Source: Bacteroidota bacterium (GTDB lineage: Bacteria; Bacteroidota; Bacteroidia; Bacteroidales; GCA-2748055). Taken from it: DNA of 50,440 bases. Below, in pieces: positions 30,613 through 38,968 of this stretch (position 1 is its first letter; each line of letters begins with the position of its first letter). The DNA is taken from positions 69,081-119,520 of the forward strand of contig PDRI01000095.1 in assembly GCA_002748055.1 (NCBI GenBank). The letters run 5' to 3'. The translations under genes and the position numbers were made by a program. The notes below the pieces were generated by a model. The model saw only the letters and a program-made list of their open reading frames with translations. It was not told the DNA's origin and did not search any database.

Positions 30613-32001
30613 ATGAAACACCATAGAGGCTTACTTTCGATTTTACTGCTGGTGTTTCTTTCCGCTGGAGCCCTCTCATGCCGAAAGAATACGGTTGGTG
30701 TGCTTTTGAATAAGCGGGCGACTGTAGACGGATATACCCTTTTCAGCGTATTTGACAAAACTTACCTGATCAACAATGATGGCAAGCTTGTACACCAGTG
30801 GGAAAGTCACTACAGTGTGGGGCAATCGGTTTATCTGCTCGAGAATGGAAATCTGTTAAGGGCTGCAGAATTGCCTGGTGAGAGTCGTTTTACGATGCCA
30901 AGTGTTGGCGGAAGAGCAGAGATGTTTGACTGGAATGGCCATTTGATCTGGGAGTATACCTATTCAAATGCAACCGCCACCCAACATCATGACCTCTTCC
31001 CCATGCCCAATGGAAACATATTGATTCTGGCCATAGAGGTAATGGATGAGGCAGAGGCCGTTCAATTGGGAAGAAAGCTGCTGACTCCACCCGCCATGCA
31101 GTTATACAATGAACAGATTCTGGAACTCAGACCAACGGGGCCAAATGGAGCCGAAGTCGTTTGGGAATGGAATGTGAAGGATCATCTGATCCAGGATGTT
31201 GATGAGACGAAGGACAATTATGGTGAAATCAGCCAAAACCCTCAACGCCTCAATATAAATTATACAGGAACATCCTCAGAGGGAGCCAACTGGATTCATT
31301 TTAACTCGGTGCAGTACAATGCAGAATTGGATCAAATCGCGCTCACCAGCAAGCATCTGGGCGAAATTTACATCATTGATCATTCAACCACAACTGCAGA
31401 AGCTGCAACAAGTGCAGGAGGAATCTATCAGAAGGGAGGCGATTTCTTATATCGATGGGGAAATCCCGCTGCATATCAAAAGGGAACAATTGACGACCAA
31501 AAGCTTTTTGGTGCGCACTACGCCCATTGGATTGGAAAGGGACTGAAAGATGAGGGCAAAATAATTGTGTTCAATAACCGTGAACATCGTGAAAAGGAGT
31601 ATTCCGAGGTTTTGATTATTGCCCCCCCGACTTCTGAACCAGGGATCTACACCCGTTTAGCCAATGCTTCCTATGGCCCGGAAAAAGCGGATTATACTTA
31701 TGGAGGGCCTGCTAACACTGATTTCTTCTCACCTTTCAAATCAAGTGCTCAGCGATTGCCTGGGGGGCATATACTCATCTGCGAAGGGGAATCCGGACAT
31801 TTTTTTGAAATAGACGAAAATGATAAGCCTGTTTGGGAGTACCAAAGCCCAGTTGGCGAATCAAAGCTATTGCATCAGGGCGATGATCCGGGCAATCACA
31901 AGACCATAGTATTCAGAGCAATCAAGTATCCCATAAACTATAAAGCATTTGAGGGAAAGGATATGACCCCGGGACAGCCCATTGAAAAACCTCGTTTGTG
32001 A
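30613..32001 (+). CDS. Aryl-sulfate sulfotransferase (ASST) family lipoprotein
   Basis: Lipobox ALSC; YLLENGNLLRA, QHHD..PMPNGNILIL, VWEWNVKDHLIQD, WIHFNSV, IIDHSTTTAEAA...GGDFLYRWGNP, SAQRLPGG. Confidence 0.85.
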   Translation: MKHHRGLLSILLLVFLSAGALSCRKNTVGVLLNKRATVDGYTLFSVFDKTYLINNDGKLVHQWESHYSVGQSVYLLENGNLLRAAELPGESRFTMPSVGGRAEMFDWNGHLIWEYTYSNATATQHHDLFPMPNGNILILAIEVMDEAEAVQLGRKLLTPPAMQLYNEQILELRPTGPNGAEVVWEWNVKDHLIQDVDETKDNYGEISQNPQRLNINYTGTSSEGANWIHFNSVQYNAELDQIALTSKHLGEIYIIDHSTTTAEAATSAGGIYQKGGDFLYRWGNPAAYQKGTIDDQKLFGAHYAHWIGKGLKDEGKIIVFNNREHREKEYSEVLIIAPPTSEPGIYTRLANASYGPEKADYTYGGPANTDFFSPFKSSAQRLPGGHILICEGESGHFFEIDENDKPVWEYQSPVGESKLLHQGDDPGNHKTIVFRAIKYPINYKAFEGKDMTPGQPIEKPRL

Positions 32002-32097
32002 AGCAGAATCATGTTGAAAAAAGGTTCTAAGGTTGTTTCGTTAAAATCAGTGAATAACAACCCCATTTCAAAAGAAAGCCCTAAACAAACACCCGCC

Positions 32098-33288
32098 ATG
32101 AAAAAACAACAGCTCATAGCCCTGGCCTTGCTTTGTGCAACAGCCTCCTGCCGCCTAAAACCCACAAACGAGAGTGAACCATCCACCGGGAAAAACCCTT
32201 ACGACTATTTTGTAGCTGCTTATGTCTGGCCTTCGTGCCACCACGACGAACGCTTTGGGGATCTGCTCTGGCCCGAAGGGCTGGGCGAATGGGAAGTCAT
32301 CAAAAAGGGCAATCCCCGTTTCGAGGGGCATTACCAGCCACGTTTCCCCCTGTGGGGCTATGAAATGGACAATGACCCCCGGGTAGTGGAGAGATGGATC
32401 GATGTTGCGGTGGAACACGGGGTCAATGTCTTTGTCTACGATTGGTATTGGTTCGATGGCGGCCCATTTCTGGAAAGCGCCCTGAACGACGGCTTTCTGA
32501 AAGCAAAAAACAATGCAGAGATGCAGTTCTATATCATGTGGGCCAACCACGATGTAAAGCGGAACTACTGGAATGTGCATAAATATAAGGACGATACCTC
32601 CCTGCTCTGGGACGGGGCCGTAGGCTGGGAAGACTTTAAAACAATCGTTGACAGGGTCATCAGGCAGTATTTCAAACAGCCCAATTACTTTAAAATTGAA
32701 GGCAAGCCGGTAGTCTCCATATTCAGTGTGGAAAACCTTGTGGAAGGACTGGGAGGCGTGGAAGAAAGCCGCAAAGCCCTGGACTATTTCAGAGAGGAGG
32801 TGAAAAAAGCCGGATTCCCCGGATTGCATATTCAGCAGAACCAGGGAGGAGGCCCGGTGTTGTCGGAGCAGGAGGCCCGACAGTATGCCGATCGGGTCAA
32901 AAAACTGGGATTCAACAGCGTGGCCATGTATAACATGGGCGGGCTTAATGAGGACTACCTGGTTTACGGGGCAAACTCAATGAAGATCAGGGCTCAGCTG
33001 GATGCGGCCCTGGATGTGCCATTCTTCCCCTGTGTTTCGATTGGCTGGGATGACACCCCACGCTTCCCCGCAAAAGGAATCAGGGATGTTGTCCATTACC
33101 ACAACTCTCCGGAAAGCTTTGCAGCCTTGCTCACCAAAGCAAAAGAATATGCCGACTGCCATCCCGATCAACCGAAGCTAATCACCATCAATGCATGGAA
33201 TGAATGGGTCGAGGGAAGCTACCTCCTACCCGACATGCTGAATCGATTTCAATACCTGGATGCAGTCAAAGAGGTCATGAAACCATGA
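32098..33288 (+). CDS. GH99-like / WbsX-like glycoside hydrolase lipoprotein
   Basis: Lipobox TASC after MKKQQ (ATG 32098); PRFEGHYQPRFPLWGY, YDWYWF, MWANH, GWDDTPR, INAWNEWVEGSYL. Confidence 0.88.
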   Translation: MKKQQLIALALLCATASCRLKPTNESEPSTGKNPYDYFVAAYVWPSCHHDERFGDLLWPEGLGEWEVIKKGNPRFEGHYQPRFPLWGYEMDNDPRVVERWIDVAVEHGVNVFVYDWYWFDGGPFLESALNDGFLKAKNNAEMQFYIMWANHDVKRNYWNVHKYKDDTSLLWDGAVGWEDFKTIVDRVIRQYFKQPNYFKIEGKPVVSIFSVENLVEGLGGVEESRKALDYFREEVKKAGFPGLHIQQNQGGGPVLSEQEARQYADRVKKLGFNSVAMYNMGGLNEDYLVYGANSMKIRAQLDAALDVPFFPCVSIGWDDTPRFPAKGIRDVVHYHNSPESFAALLTKAKEYADCHPDQPKLITINAWNEWVEGSYLLPDMLNRFQYLDAVKEVMKP

Positions 33289-33365
33289 TCATCCAGGCCT
33301 TCAGCCCAGCGAAAACACATACTGCAGCAGGGAAGAGTGAATGCGGGACAGGGAAAGAAGCAGGG

Positions 33366-34604
33366 CTAATCAAAGAATCTGTTCTGGAAAAAATTCACGG
33401 CAATGAACCCGTAGAGTCCGCAAACCGCTACGATCAGCAGATCGGTCAGGTTGTTGCGCAGCCTCAGGCCGGTCTTCCGGATGATGAAAAACTGAATGAC
33501 CAGCAACAGCAGATGTAAAAACAGGAAGTTAAAGCCCCTGGTCCTTTCCACATAGAGATTCAAAAAACGACTGTTTCCCCTTGCCAGGCCGATCTCGGCG
33601 GGAAACAGGAAGCCGGCTATACGGCCCTGAATGCTTTCGGCCCGCGGACGCCAGTGTTCTTCATACTCATCCACCTTGCGGTAGAGGCTGTCGAGGGCAA
33701 CAACCTTTATGTATGCTTGGCGGCGCATGCTCAGGGTATAGTTGAACATATTGCCGAAGATGCGCAACTCATCGGTCTCGGGAACCAGCCCATCGAGGGG
33801 CAGGCGGACAAATTCATAATCGTCCTGGCTAAGGATCCAGACCGAGTTATCCGCGGAAATCAGGTAGCAATAGTACTTCTTGTCGGGGAAATCGACGCAG
33901 GCAATGTGCTTAAAGGGAAGGCCCTTTGGCGGGCTTATCTTCCTCACTGAGGGTGCGGCCCCGATCATCTTGACATGAAAGAGCTCGTTTTGGCTGTCGA
34001 CGATAAAGTAGCCTTCGTCGCAGGATTTTCGGGTGGTGGGCAAACCCGCAACCATCGTTGCCGGAAACTGAAAAGACTGCTTATTCAGGGCTTCGGTAAA
34101 GGCCTGGCTCTTGGCTTCGTTCAGCGTATTCGATTCCGCATCAATAAATTCCATACGTGCATCAATCCGGAAATAATCATCCGGCAACTCCAGCCTGGCC
34201 CTTCCCGACGCCGACTCAAACATCGGATAGAGGCCGGGCTTCGGGCTCCGCATATCGGATGGTCGGTACCTGAACGATGAGCGGGCCTCGGCAATGGCCT
34301 GCATCTCCATGGCTTTGCCATGCAGGCTGTCGGGCATGCTTCCTGAAACAAAGAGCTGGCGGGCAAAAAAGAGGGGAAGCTTCTTCTCGTAGTCCTCACG
34401 GGTATATACAGTCCCCTTCCTGTCGGTGCGGACCACCTCCCCCTTCAGGTGCCGGAGTATGATGAAATCGTTCTCCGAGGCGCTGTAAAGGATGAAGGGG
34501 GCTGAAACCGGCTTTTCGAAAGCCAGCCAGTACAAGGCCGGAAGGCTCACCGCCGCTGCGAGGACAGTCATCAGCACCAACATATATCTACTCATCTTGC
34601 TCAT
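33366..34604 (-). CDS. DUF4857-like inner-membrane protein with large periplasmic domain
   Basis: N-terminal TM (LPALYWLAFEKP..PFILYS), LPLFFARQL, LYPMFESASGRARLELPDDYFR, PTTRKSCDEGYF, two C-terminal TMs; start taken as ATG 34604. Confidence 0.75.
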   Translation of the reverse strand: MSKMSRYMLVLMTVLAAAVSLPALYWLAFEKPVSAPFILYSASENDFIILRHLKGEVVRTDRKGTVYTREDYEKKLPLFFARQLFVSGSMPDSLHGKAMEMQAIAEARSSFRYRPSDMRSPKPGLYPMFESASGRARLELPDDYFRIDARMEFIDAESNTLNEAKSQAFTEALNKQSFQFPATMVAGLPTTRKSCDEGYFIVDSQNELFHVKMIGAAPSVRKISPPKGLPFKHIACVDFPDKKYYCYLISADNSVWILSQDDYEFVRLPLDGLVPETDELRIFGNMFNYTLSMRRQAYIKVVALDSLYRKVDEYEEHWRPRAESIQGRIAGFLFPAEIGLARGNSRFLNLYVERTRGFNFLFLHLLLLVIQFFIIRKTGLRLRNNLTDLLIVAVCGLYGFIAVNFFQNRFFD

Positions 34605-34633
34605 CGTGCATCTCCTATAAGCATGGGGGTTCA

Positions 34634-35302
34634 TTAGACGGCGCCCTTCCTGAACCGGTAAGCAGAAAAAGTCAGGGAGGTACTCAAGGCCACAGTCATG
34701 GCTGCAAGCGTCCAGTTAAAATGGGCATAGCCTCCGGCTACACTTTTCTTAAAAAAGAAGAGGACAAAGGCTGCGGAGGCTAGCAGATAGGCCATGCGGT
34801 ATTTCCAAAGCGTCTCCATCACAATCAGTGCAGCCAGGGCATAGGCCACAAATCCGGCCAGGAACCAGGGAGTGACAGAGATGACCGCTGCCCGGACGAT
34901 TTCGGATGGAAAAAAATGGGAACTCAGCAAAAGGAAGAGCGCAAAGATCAGCCCATAGCAAATGCAGAGCAAAAGGTAGCCATAGCCCAGCATCATCAGC
35001 AGCACCCGGTTTTCACCAAGGGGAAGGTGGAAGCTTAGTTTAATCCGTTTATTTACGATCTCGGGAATGTACTGGACCAGGGCAATAAGCACCCCGGTGG
35101 CAAGGGGTATATACTTCATTCCATTGAAATACAATAGATTCTGAAAAAGAATAAAGTGCCAGTATTTGTGTGCATCGTTAAAGGTTATGCTGTGCTGCAC
35201 CTTCAGAAAGACGGCTCCGCACCCGGCCATTCCAAGCACAAGCACAAGCAGGAAAAACCACCTGGTCTTGATCCATTCTTTGTATATCAACGACTTTAGC
35301 AT
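34634..35302 (-). CDS. Multi-pass membrane protein, probable ABC permease
   Basis: LIYKEWIKTRW N-terminus typical of ABC-2-like permeases; ~6 hydrophobic segments; starts 4 bp after the ATPase stop. Confidence 0.75.
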   Translation of the reverse strand: MLKSLIYKEWIKTRWFFLLVLVLGMAGCGAVFLKVQHSITFNDAHKYWHFILFQNLLYFNGMKYIPLATGVLIALVQYIPEIVNKRIKLSFHLPLGENRVLLMMLGYGYLLLCICYGLIFALFLLLSSHFFPSEIVRAAVISVTPWFLAGFVAYALAALIVMETLWKYRMAYLLASAAFVLFFFKKSVAGGYAHFNWTLAAMTVALSTSLTFSAYRFRKGAV

Positions 35303-35306
35303 ACCA

Positions 35307-36194
35307 TCAGTATTTTCCGGTCAGGCCGATAAAGGCATCCTCCAGGCTCATTGGAAGCATCCTGAAATCGGCATATTTCATTCCCTTGCTGTCGAGGAAG
35401 CCCCTCACAAAATGCTCCTGTTCGAAGGTATAGAGCACCACCTCGTTTCCCGACTTTTCAATGCTTAGTACAAAGCCTTCTTTTGCCAGCTCAGGGTTTT
35501 CCCTTTCCAGGCTGAACTTATATTGCCTGAAGCTGCTCATAAATTCATCCAGGGGCCCATGCGCCAGTACCCGGTTATAGTCCATGATAAGGACATCGTC
35601 GATCAGGCGCTCCATGTCCTGAACAATATGAGAAGTGGCAAAGACAGTCTTGTTTCCCTCCCTGACATAGTCCCTCAGATAGTCGATAAAAAGCCTCCGG
35701 TAGCCCGGGTCAAGCCCCATGGAAAAATCGTCAAGGATAAGCAAATCGGGGTCCTGGGCCAGGATGAGCCCGAGGGCCACCTGCGATCGCTGGCCACAGG
35801 ACATGGTAGCGATCTTCTGCCGTGGGCCAACCTTCAGCTTCGACATCAGTTCCCAGTAGGGTTCGCTGTTCCAGTGCGGGTAGAAGCCTGCGTAAAACTT
35901 CTCAATCTGGTGGATATCCATAAAGGCATATTGTACATGCCCCTCAATCAGGAAACCGATGCGGCGCTTGGTCCGGGGTGAAAGCCGCTGGGTATCTTCC
36001 CCGTAAATCAGGCATTCTCCCTCCCGGGGTTGCAGAAAACCGTGAAGAATATTGATGGTTGTCGTCTTCCCCGCACCATTCTTACCGAGGAGGCCGAGAA
36101 TACTTCCCTCCCTGACATCGAAGCTGAGGTTCTCATAAACCAGCCTTTTCCCGTAATAGTGGGTCAGGTTTTTGCATTCGATCACATTGCTCAT
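35307..36194 (-). CDS. ABC transporter ATP-binding protein with variant motifs
   Basis: Walker A GKNGAGKTT; signature MSCGQ; Walker B LLILDD; H-loop ATSH. Confidence 0.93.
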   Translation of the reverse strand: MSNVIECKNLTHYYGKRLVYENLSFDVREGSILGLLGKNGAGKTTTINILHGFLQPREGECLIYGEDTQRLSPRTKRRIGFLIEGHVQYAFMDIHQIEKFYAGFYPHWNSEPYWELMSKLKVGPRQKIATMSCGQRSQVALGLILAQDPDLLILDDFSMGLDPGYRRLFIDYLRDYVREGNKTVFATSHIVQDMERLIDDVLIMDYNRVLAHGPLDEFMSSFRQYKFSLERENPELAKEGFVLSIEKSGNEVVLYTFEQEHFVRGFLDSKGMKYADFRMLPMSLEDAFIGLTGKY

Positions 36195-36204
36195 CTATCT
36201 TGTC

Positions 36205-37776
36205 TTAAAACATCACAGCTGCGGCGAAGGTCCATACAGCCCGTCGGTATTCTTCCCCCGGATAAAGTGCCGACCAGGCCAGGTAGCGCTGCCCCCCCAG
36301 TGAGAAATGGATTTGGTCAAATACATGTTCCAGGGCCCGGGCATAGCGCAGGCTGAAGCCGGGTGCAAAAAAATCGCAGCTAAGATAGTTAAATTCGGGA
36401 AGCAGGAGCTTCTGGGCCAGGAAGCCTCTTTCATCATAGTCCCTGAAGCTGTCCATGTTTTGCTTCCACCTGATATGAACACCCAGCTCCAGCTCATTCT
36501 CTCCGAATAGGAAAGTCCTGTCCACAGCAAGACTTACCAGGGCCTGCCTGAATCCTTCCTGCATATCGGGCAGGTAATAGGCCCGTTTCTGCTTCCAAAA
36601 ATGCAAACCAATCTCCAAGCCGTACAAAGGCCTGTATTCCTCCCTGAAACGGAGAAAGCGATAATCAAACCCCAGCTTGCTCAGCGATGCGGCATACTTT
36701 TCCTCCTCACCGTAGTCCACCCAGTCGACTGCACCCAGATCACCGACCTGCTCGAGCCGCTGCATGATCTCTGCTCCCACCATGTAATGCAGGCTATAAG
36801 AGCTGCTCAGCCTGTGCATGGCCCCCGGACGATGGAGGGTGGTCAGGTTTTGCAAGAGCATCTTGTTGCCCTCCAGTTTCGAGTCGTTTTTGACAAAGGA
36901 CCAGGTGGCATCCCCGGCCTTCCTCCCGTCATCGGCATTCTCCCTGAAATACAGAAAGCGCCCGATAAAAAGCGATTTCAGCTGCCGGAACGAAAGGTTC
37001 AGCTGCCCTTCTCCACCCGCCGTACCAGCCTTGTAAAGGCGGTTGTAGGAGGCTGCCACATGATAGGTGTAGCTGTTAAACCCATGCAATTGAAAAAACG
37101 CCAGCTGGGTATTCTTCCGGATAATGTCGACCTCTATGTCCTCGTTGTAGTAGCTGAATAGCCCGTTTACCCCCAGCTGCAAGGCCTCCCCTTTGTAGAG
37201 CAGTCCGGGAGAAAGCCCAAGCCGCATCAGCTTGTTGGCCGGCCTCGGATCCCTGTCCTGTGAAGCCAGTCCCACATCCAGGCCCGCCGAAAGCCCCCAG
37301 TAGAGCCCGGGAAGCAGAGGCGCAGATACATCACCCTTCAGGCTAAAAAACTCCCTGTCGGTCACCTCATTTTGCGCCATGGTATCGATCAGTAAATAGG
37401 GCGTAGCCCGGTAGGGATTTTCCACCTCCGAGAACCTGGATCCCTGTTCAAAACTCCTTTCGTAGGAAAAAAGCCCGTAGAGGGCAGTTCGATTGATCCG
37501 CCGGTATTTCTCTGTACTGAAACGGTAGGCCCGCAGCGAATCGCCCTGCATAACACGCCTGTAGTCCCCTGCTTCCGCATCATGGCTAAGCCCGAGCCTG
37601 CCTGCCTGCAGGGTTGGCGGATCATATTCGTGTGCGGCCGGGTTGCTGCTGTTCAGCCAGGGGTTGTAGAGCTCCATCCGCTCAAAAACACCCGCCGGGA
37701 TCTTCGTGCTGTCGCTTTGAGCCGGCAGCAAAACAGGCAGGAGCATCAACAGGCAGGCCAGCACGCTACTCTTCAT
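36205..37776 (-). CDS. Outer-membrane beta-barrel protein (DUF6850-like)
   Basis: Signal peptide from MKSSVLACLL (ATG 37776, overlapping upstream stop); NPWLNSSNPA, ASQDRDPRPAN, alternating beta-strand pattern, C-terminal Phe. Confidence 0.72.
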   Translation of the reverse strand: MKSSVLACLLMLLPVLLPAQSDSTKIPAGVFERMELYNPWLNSSNPAAHEYDPPTLQAGRLGLSHDAEAGDYRRVMQGDSLRAYRFSTEKYRRINRTALYGLFSYERSFEQGSRFSEVENPYRATPYLLIDTMAQNEVTDREFFSLKGDVSAPLLPGLYWGLSAGLDVGLASQDRDPRPANKLMRLGLSPGLLYKGEALQLGVNGLFSYYNEDIEVDIIRKNTQLAFFQLHGFNSYTYHVAASYNRLYKAGTAGGEGQLNLSFRQLKSLFIGRFLYFRENADDGRKAGDATWSFVKNDSKLEGNKMLLQNLTTLHRPGAMHRLSSSYSLHYMVGAEIMQRLEQVGDLGAVDWVDYGEEEKYAASLSKLGFDYRFLRFREEYRPLYGLEIGLHFWKQKRAYYLPDMQEGFRQALVSLAVDRTFLFGENELELGVHIRWKQNMDSFRDYDERGFLAQKLLLPEFNYLSCDFFAPGFSLRYARALEHVFDQIHFSLGGQRYLAWSALYPGEEYRRAVWTFAAAVMF

Positions 37777-38968
37777 TGATCCACGGTTTTGGCAGTACAT
37801 CCTTTTCAAAGTCCTCCGTAGAATTGTTCGTGTCCTGGTAGATAAAGCGTCCATCCACCACGGCCTCGACCTTGCGGCGAACACAGAGGCCCGACCTGGA
37901 TCCCGAAGCTACGTAGGTATAACCTGCATCAAGCTCGGGCGGAAATCGTTTGTAGATGGCATGTGCCTCATCCCAGGTCACTTCCACAGCATCGAGAATG
38001 TATTCGTTAGGCACCCTGGCGTAGTAGCGGGTCGAAGAATTGAGCTTCAAAACCAGATGATGGTCGATATAGTCCTGCCATTCCTCCTGCGTTCCCGGAT
38101 AGAGTGCAAGTGCAATTGCGCTGCCCCCACGGGTATGAAAAACATAGTCGCTTCCCCTGAAAGTAAAGAGGGTCTCAAGCATGTTATCGGCGTGGGGAGC
38201 ATCCAGGTCGCTCCCATTCTCATGCTTCACCCAGAACTCGAAGTCGGCAAACTCCAGGTTTACCGGAGAAAGCGGATTCCCATATTCCGGATCCTGGTGG
38301 TTGATGCCATCCCTGGCAATCACCACGCTCTCGCCCGGTGCCAGGGGATAGTCATCGCCGTCGCCCGGGATGGTCCATATAGCGCGCGCTACAATGGTGT
38401 CCTCGATGTCTTTCCAGTAATTCTCCTCAATGGCATAAGATTCATGCTCCACAAGGGCCAGCCGGTCGATGTACTGCAGCTGCTCCGAATTGTTGTGGAT
38501 CTCGATAAACTGATCCGAGGAATACTGCTTCCCGGCCGGGGTCAGGCAGGCACTGTAATAGTATTGCTTAATAACAAAAGCACTGGTCTGGCTCAGGACA
38601 ATATCAAGGGTATCGCTGAGATCGGAAAAAACATCCACATTCTGCAAACCATTGATATGGTAAGACTTACCCCGGTGGCTGAAGCTATGCAAAATGGTAG
38701 CACTGTAGAAACCGGGTTCGATACCCTGAAAGGACACCCGGCCCGAATCACCGGTGTAGCGGGTGAGGCTGTAATTCTTGGTCAGATTACTCAACACAAG
38801 CTTTGCTCCCTTCCGGTGTTCCTCCGGTACATCCTCACCGAAATCAACCACCAGTTCAAGGGAAAAGGCATGGTAAACAGGCGCGGGATCGACACAGGAC
38901 GCCAGAATCAGCAGCATACAACAGATGCCGGCAGAGAGAAATGAATGGGGCCTGTTGGTCGTTCTCAT
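37766..38968 (-). CDS. DUF4876-like surface lipoprotein
   Basis: Lipobox LASC; DQFIEIHNNS, WTIPGDG..YPLAPGES, ADFEF, ILDAVE, YQDTNNSTEDF. Confidence 0.78.
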   Translation of the reverse strand: MRTTNRPHSFLSAGICCMLLILASCVDPAPVYHAFSLELVVDFGEDVPEEHRKGAKLVLSNLTKNYSLTRYTGDSGRVSFQGIEPGFYSATILHSFSHRGKSYHINGLQNVDVFSDLSDTLDIVLSQTSAFVIKQYYYSACLTPAGKQYSSDQFIEIHNNSEQLQYIDRLALVEHESYAIEENYWKDIEDTIVARAIWTIPGDGDDYPLAPGESVVIARDGINHQDPEYGNPLSPVNLEFADFEFWVKHENGSDLDAPHADNMLETLFTFRGSDYVFHTRGGSAIALALYPGTQEEWQDYIDHHLVLKLNSSTRYYARVPNEYILDAVEVTWDEAHAIYKRFPPELDAGYTYVASGSRSGLCVRRKVEAVVDGRFIYQDTNNSTEDFEKDVLPKPWINEE

